A DNA stretch of 64,000 nucleotides from the IMG/VR virus record IMGVR_UViG_3300028603_000019, positions 3,877-67,876 of that record, one strand, 5' to 3'. The first letter of the stretch is position 1, and the number at the start of each line of letters is the position of its first letter. This DNA is from a virus (Duplodnaviria > Heunggongvirae > Uroviricota > Caudoviricetes). The position numbers were made by a program, and so were the translations under genes. Below are positions 60,256-64,000 of this stretch, one piece after another. The notes below the pieces were generated by a model. The model was not told where the DNA came from and searched no databases. It saw only the letters and a program-made list of their open reading frames with translations.

Positions 60256-60550
60256 AAAACTCGGCGCCACGCAATAAAGGTAAAATTGCTGCGCCGTGTC
60301 GGGGTTGATGAGACATGCTATACTCGCGCACTAACCGACTAATCGCAACACATTGGTGATAGTGGTATCACTGGGCGTGTCAACCCATTTCCTTACTTCA
60401 TGTATCATAGAAGAAACATTGAAGATCCAGGCCGGTGAGGTATCTGCCCCGCAAGGCGAGGTTGCCCATTCTCCGCTTACACCTTGGCCAAAGGCGCCCA
60501 CGCGACACGTCTGCCGATCGAGGCTTTCCTTACCTGGAAACTTCAAATTC

Positions 60551-60626
60551 TGGTCGGTCCCAAGGGAATCGAACCCTATTCTCGGGTGCTTCAAACCCGC
60601 GTGGTCACCAGTTCCACCAAAGACCG
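60551..60626 (-). tRNA. tRNA-Phe(GAA)
   Basis: Loop TTGAAGC; CCA. Confidence 0.8.
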
Positions 60627-60635
60627 AATATTGAG

Positions 60636-60709
60636 TTGCGAGAGGTTGGATTTGCACCAACGACCTCCAGAATATGAGTCTGGCGAGCTAACTCCTGCTC
60701 CACTCCGCA
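60636..60709 (-). tRNA. Initiator-type tRNA-Met(CAT), degenerate
   Basis: GTGGAGCAG...AGCTCG...CTCAT pattern of tRNA-fMet; T-loop TGCAAAT. Confidence 0.7.
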
Positions 60710-60710
60710 G

Positions 60711-60785
60711 ACCTCCCGGGGCGACTTGAACGCCCAACCTCTGGCTCCGCAAGCCAGTGCTCTATTCCAGTTGAGCTACGGAAGG
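60711..60785 (-). tRNA. tRNA-Arg(GCG)
   Basis: Loop TTGCGGA in an Arg-type body. Confidence 0.8.
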
Positions 60786-60792
60786 GGAAATT

Positions 60793-61161
60793 TCAGATTT
60801 TCTTGATCCGGTCGAGGACATATCTCACATCATAGAAACTGCCCTCAAGTTTCCACACTTTCATCAGCAAATCGTGATTAATCTTGATCCAGTCATAGAT
60901 GTCTTCCAACGTGGAAGTTTTCAAATTTGCACGATTCTGTCCGATAACTCTTGGTTCATGAGAAACCGTGATGATAGTGTATTCAGAATTCCCGGGATGG
61001 CCAGCATAGACCTTGATTCTCGGCCCGTGTCTGGAACCTTTCCCGTGTGAGATGTAGATTACCTTGTCCACGCCAGTGATATCCGACGAGACATTTCCCA
61101 TTTCATCCAGAACTTCGGCTCTCATAGCCTGTTCAAGAAGAAAATCTCGAAATGGTATCAT
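60793..61161 (-). CDS. DUF4160-like protein, putative internal protein
   Basis: Starts MIPFRDFLLE; HGPRIKV...WIKIN..LL..W. Confidence 0.55.
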   Translation of the reverse strand: MIPFRDFLLEQAMRAEVLDEMGNVSSDITGVDKVIYISHGKGSRHGPRIKVYAGHPGNSEYTIITVSHEPRVIGQNRANLKTSTLEDIYDWIKINHDLLMKVWKLEGSFYDVRYVLDRIKKI

Positions 61162-61314
61162 GGTGGAATCTCCGATCAATTGAGAGCGGATAGTGGGGAT
61201 CGCAATTATACAGTTTCCTGCTCATCGGTTCCACGATACGAAAGAGCCATATCACTTCCGCGACTGTAATCGGGTAATTTCTCCGATGATGTCCTCTACT
61301 CATTGAGAACTTCG

Positions 61315-61396
61315 AGCGACCGGCGGGGATCGAACCCGCGGAACCTATTCGCCTCTTGCTTGGAAGGCAAGTGCTCTACCACTGAGCTACGGTCGC
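61315..61396 (-). tRNA. tRNA-Gly(TCC) with enlarged variable region
   Basis: Loop CTTCCAA; about 10 extra nt before the T-arm. Confidence 0.75.
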
Positions 61397-61411
61397 ATGG
61401 TTAACTTTGTT

Positions 61412-61485
61412 TGGCAGGGGCACCAGGAATCAAACCCGGACCAGGAGGGTTGGAAGCTCCTGTGCTATCACTACACCATACCCCT
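61412..61485 (-). tRNA. tRNA-Trp(CCA)
   Basis: AGGGG acceptor, G73-CCA, loop TTCCAAC; T-loop TTTGA. Confidence 0.8.
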
Positions 61486-61901
61486 CAAAAGTTCTGTCTC
61501 GTGCCTCTCGGCAGTCTCGATCTAAGGTCGTCTCTACATTGACTAATATGACGTTTCGGATGTCATATTGGTTGTATCTCATAACATACAACAGCGATCC
61601 TACTTTTTGCCGGTGAATCAACTGAAGTTGTGTTTATCAGTCGATTCGAATATTTGGTGGAACATGACTGTAACCATCAAATAGATAGATTATAGTTTAA
61701 GAAGCACGAGACAGAAATTGGTCCGCCCTAGGTCAACCGTCAAAAGGACAGCCAACCTTGTCTTAATCATGATCGACGGACAATCACGAAGCATCAGATT
61801 GCACATAATTTAGGATGGGACACGCAATCTGCAAATCCCCATCCCCGCCGAACGGCTTTAGACCGCCGGGAATAATGTTGGTAATCTTGATCCAACTTTG
61901 T

Positions 61902-61976
61902 TGGTAGGTCCTATCCGAATCGAACGGATGCGTGGTGCTGTGTAAAAGCACTGCCTTACCACTTGGCGAAGGACCC
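61902..61976 (-). tRNA. tRNA-Val(TAC), atypical body
   Basis: Loop TTTACAC, A73-CCA. Confidence 0.7.
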
Positions 61977-62065
61977 AAATAATCAACTCCTGAATCGAAC
62001 AGGCCACTCGGCTAATGCCAAGCTGAGACTCCACTCTCGGCGTGCGCTGCGCCTTGTTGAAACTA

Positions 62066-62139
62066 TGGCAGAGTGGACGGGACTCGAACCCGCCTTTCCG
62101 GTTAGACAGACCGGAGCCTTCCCCGACGGCAACCACTCC
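62066..62139 (-). tRNA. tRNA-Asp(GTC)
   Basis: Loop CTGTCTA, G73-CCA. Confidence 0.85.
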
Positions 62140-62147
62140 ATATTCTG

Positions 62148-62222
62148 TACCCCGGGCGAGACTTGAACTCACAACCTTCTCCTTATGAGGGAGCTGCTAC
62201 TGACCGATTGAGCTACCAGGGC
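62148..62222 (-). tRNA. tRNA-Met/Ile2(CAT)
   Basis: Loop CTCATAA. Confidence 0.85.
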
Positions 62223-62274
62223 AAAAATTGAGCAACCGCGACTTATGGATTTGTCATCCCGCACGGTCAATTAT

Positions 62275-62342
62275 GAGTTCGGCTCAACTGCGCACTCTCA
62301 TATGCAGCGACTTAGCCTGTTGATGGCGAACAGGTACCGTAT
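62275..62342 (-). ncRNA. Three-way-junction motif, copy 1 (directly 3' of tRNA-Gln)
   Basis: ATACGGTA-hairpin-CTAAGTCG-hairpin-GAGCCGA. Confidence 0.6.
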
Positions 62343-62419
62343 TGGCTGGGAGGGGCGGACTCGAACCGCCAATCTCACGGAGTCAAAGGCCGGGATCTTA
62401 CCAATTAGACGACCTCCCA
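62343..62419 (-). tRNA. tRNA-Gln(TTG)
   Basis: TGGGAGG acceptor, loop CTTTGAC, CCA. Confidence 0.8.
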
Positions 62420-62424
62420 ATGTT

Positions 62425-62509
62425 TGGTGGGAAGCAGTGGAATCGAACCACACCCTTTTACAGAACGGTTTTACAGACCGCGTATGGCTACCAGCCAATG
62501 ATACTTCCC
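62425..62509 (-). tRNA. tRNA-Tyr(GTA)
   Basis: Loop CTGTAAA, long variable arm, unusual D-arm. Confidence 0.8.
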
Positions 62510-62515
62510 AAGTGT

Positions 62516-62591
62516 TGGTGCCTCCACTCAGCCTCGAACTGAGATTGCCGGGTTACAAAGCCGGTGTTCTGCCAAATTGAACTATGAAGGC
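62516..62591 (-). tRNA. tRNA-Thr(TGT)
   Basis: Loop TTTGTAA, CCA. Confidence 0.85.
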
Positions 62592-62596
62592 AAATT

Positions 62597-62673
62597 TGGT
62601 CCCCTCGGCGAGATTCGAACTCACAACCTCCTGATTCTAAGTCAGGCGACTATGTCATTTTGCCTACGAGGGG
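62597..62673 (-). tRNA. tRNA-Leu(TAG), short variable arm
   Basis: Loop CTTAGAA, A73-CCA. Confidence 0.8.
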
Positions 62674-62685
62674 CAATATTTTCAG

Positions 62686-62779
62686 GGGCGATGCCCAGGA
62701 AATCGAATCCTGGTTATGTGGTTGCCGCCACACTCTCCGTTCGGCAAAACGCGAGATTCACTCACCAGAGGCATTCCCC
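62686..62779 (-). pseudogene. Irregular Sec-like/allo-type tRNA remnant
   Basis: CTC-TGGT-GAG D-arm, long variable arm, TTCGATT T-arm; anticodon arm irregular. Confidence 0.45.
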
Positions 62780-62783
62780 TTTG

Positions 62784-62857
62784 TCTTCCCAGCAGAACTT
62801 GAATCTGCAACCTGCGGTTTAGGAAACCGCTGCTCTTTCCATTTGAGCTATGGGAAG
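62784..62857 (-). tRNA. tRNA-Arg(CCT)
   Basis: Loop TTCCTAA. Confidence 0.85.
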
Positions 62858-62884
62858 TTCGGTCTTTCGTCTACATTAGTCAAG

Positions 62885-62957
62885 CTCCCCTCCCCGGCCA
62901 CGATCCAGGAACCTTCAGATTAACAATCTGCTGCTCTACCAATTGAGCTAGAGGGGA
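62885..62957 (-). tRNA. tRNA-Asn(GTT), degenerate T-arm
   Basis: TCCCCTC acceptor, loop TTGTTAA, T-loop ATCGTGG. Confidence 0.7.
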
Positions 62958-62974
62958 CCACTTGGTAGTGGATA

Positions 62975-63040
62975 GTGATTGGCTCTAGAGCGGCATACGA
63001 CTCCGACTTAGTTGCTGTCACCTGCCCAGCAATACCGAAT
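62975..63040 (-). ncRNA. Three-way-junction motif, copy 2
   Basis: ATTCGGTA-hairpin-CTAAGTCG-hairpin-AGAGCCAATCAC. Confidence 0.6.
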
Positions 63041-63206
63041 TTCTCGTGTCAACGGGACTTGAACCCGACCCCCCATCCCTTTCGTACCATCAGGTCCTAC
63101 TCGTTCTGGTGTGCTCCAATACACTATTTCCACTTGAACCGCCCTCATGTCTCCATGTTCGAATGCGGGCGGAACTGCCAAGAGGAGCTACCTCTCAGCA
63201 GGCGAT

Positions 63207-63270
63207 GTGATTGGCTCTGAGAAAGGTCTCTAATCTCGACTTAGCCCAGCTTCCCTGCTGGGTACCGAAT
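63207..63270 (-). ncRNA. Three-way-junction motif, copy 3
   Basis: ATTCGGTA-CCCAGC..GCTGGG-CTAAGTCG-..-AGAGCCAATCAC. Confidence 0.6.
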
Positions 63271-63794
63271 CTGAAAGCTTGTCACAAGTGAAATCATATT
63301 CTTGACCCCTCAAACACCGTAAGTGCCGCAAATGTCTGCGGAATATGATCCCACGTGAAACAGGCTTTCGCAAAGAACCGTTCGGGCACGTTCGCCAGAG
63401 TTGGTTCTCTGTTTCAGGTTCGTCATCGGAATTTCTTCCTAGAACCACAAGGAGCAAATTGTCAAAGAGCGGCAAGACGGTCGTTGGCGCTAGGCGCTTT
63501 CTCTGTCTCTATGGTTAGACTTTATGCCGATTCGCGGCAGATGGCAACCAAAATTTTCGGTCTACGGTAGAAAAAATTATGGCCCGGAAGAGTGGTTATC
63601 TCCGCCGGGCCATGTACTAGGTACTGAAAAGATATTTGAGTGAAATTCCTTTCCGCGTCTCCTACATGGCCCCATTCAATCTGCCAGGACGATAATTCCC
63701 TGCAAACCAAACTTGCTGACTATCTGTGGCGAGGACGTGTATAAGCACGGATCAAATATCCCAGTTGAAATTTCTATACATACTTAGTCGCGAA

Positions 63795-63824
63795 TTGTGC
63801 CCGTATCTCGACCCGGGCACAATA
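63795..63824. terminator. Strong hairpin downstream of the last CDS
   Basis: ATTGTGCCCG-10 nt-CGGGCACAAT. Confidence 0.6.
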
Positions 63825-63842
63825 TTTTTGAGATTTTTCTCC

Positions 63843-63998
63843 TCAGAAGTTGAGGACCAGCTCCAGGGAGGCGAGGGTCTTGTCGTTTCCGGTATCGAAG
63901 GTGCGGATCACACCCGGGACAACGGAGACACGATCGGTGACGGCAAAGTCAACACCGACTTGAGCATAACCACCGGCGCGGGACCAGTCGTTGGTTGC
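63843..63998 (-). CDS. C-terminal part of an outer-membrane beta-barrel protein (runs off the window)
   Basis: Manual translation ...GGYAQVGVDFAVTDRVSVVPGV...ASLELVLNF*; alternating residues and terminal Phe. Confidence 0.7.
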   Translation of the reverse strand, partial: ATNDWSRAGGYAQVGVDFAVTDRVSVVPGVIRTFDTGNDKTLASLELVLNF

Positions 63999-64000
63999 AT

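Noticed and set aside
60420-60545. Minimal RNase P RNA
   Set aside because: GGAAAG and GGCAAC-like pieces are present, but there is no P4 partner strand (CR-V).
61190-61262. Additional tRNA gene
   Set aside because: Only an acceptor-like end remains; no valid T-loop or anticodon arm.
62597-62673. Amber suppressor tRNA
   Set aside because: The anticodon is TAG (reads CUA, Leu), not CTA.
63085-63110. Hammerhead ribozyme (CTGATG...CGAAA)
   Set aside because: No stem II between the motifs and no closing stems.
55312-63464. 18-bp inverted match TGACAATTTGCTCCTTGT (55312-55329 and 63447-63464)
   Set aside because: Only two copies, and no consistent promoter spacing or ORF context; function unsupported.
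58946-63475. Most ORF-track entries in the tRNA region
   Set aside because: They overlap tRNA genes or structured RNA and have no RBS or protein-like composition.
1-64000. Genome-wide amber (TAG to Gln) recoding
   Set aside because: TAG is a true stop at several coupled junctions (34478, 49317, 50508); broken positions correspond to both Trp and Gln; no CTA-anticodon tRNA seen in this window.

Overview
A 64-kb segment of a large T4-like myovirus. The host is probably an alphaproteobacterium, likely Rhodobacteraceae, inferred from a VPLPA-CTERM protein, a GapR/DUF2312 homolog and a host-type sugar transferase. Bases 274-15234 (+) are the syntenic late virion module: gp13-gp14-gp15-gp16, a truncated terminase-ATPase paralog, gp17 with two mini-inteins, gp18-gp19-gp20, a core polyprotein, gp21-gp22-gp23, preceded by CTAAATA late promoters. 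Bases ~15600-64000 (-) are an accessory arm. It carries nucleotide, NAD and RNA-repair genes (dNMP kinase, CCA-adding enzyme, NadR/PnuC, Thg1, kinase, phosphoesterase, RNA ligase, PTH2, PhoH, RNase H, glutaredoxin, Nudix), an Acb1-like anti-CBASS gene, host-surface genes, and a partly decaying array of about 25 tRNA and tRNA-like genes (56.1-63.0 kb). The most notable unexplained structures are: (i) a tandem array of three covarying hairpins with variable loops directly behind a 568-aa TerD-like gene; (ii) a repeated three-way-junction RNA motif among the tRNAs; (iii) dispersed IS200/IS605-type (TnpB omega-RNA-like) right ends, one fused to a tRNA 3' half; (iv) an 8/4 allo-tRNA and four short-arm tRNA-Leu genes; (v) capsid-targeting-like N-termini on several accessory proteins including Acb1; (vi) a cluster of genes broken by transition-type nonsense codons. 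All assignments come from reading motifs by eye; no database searches were run.
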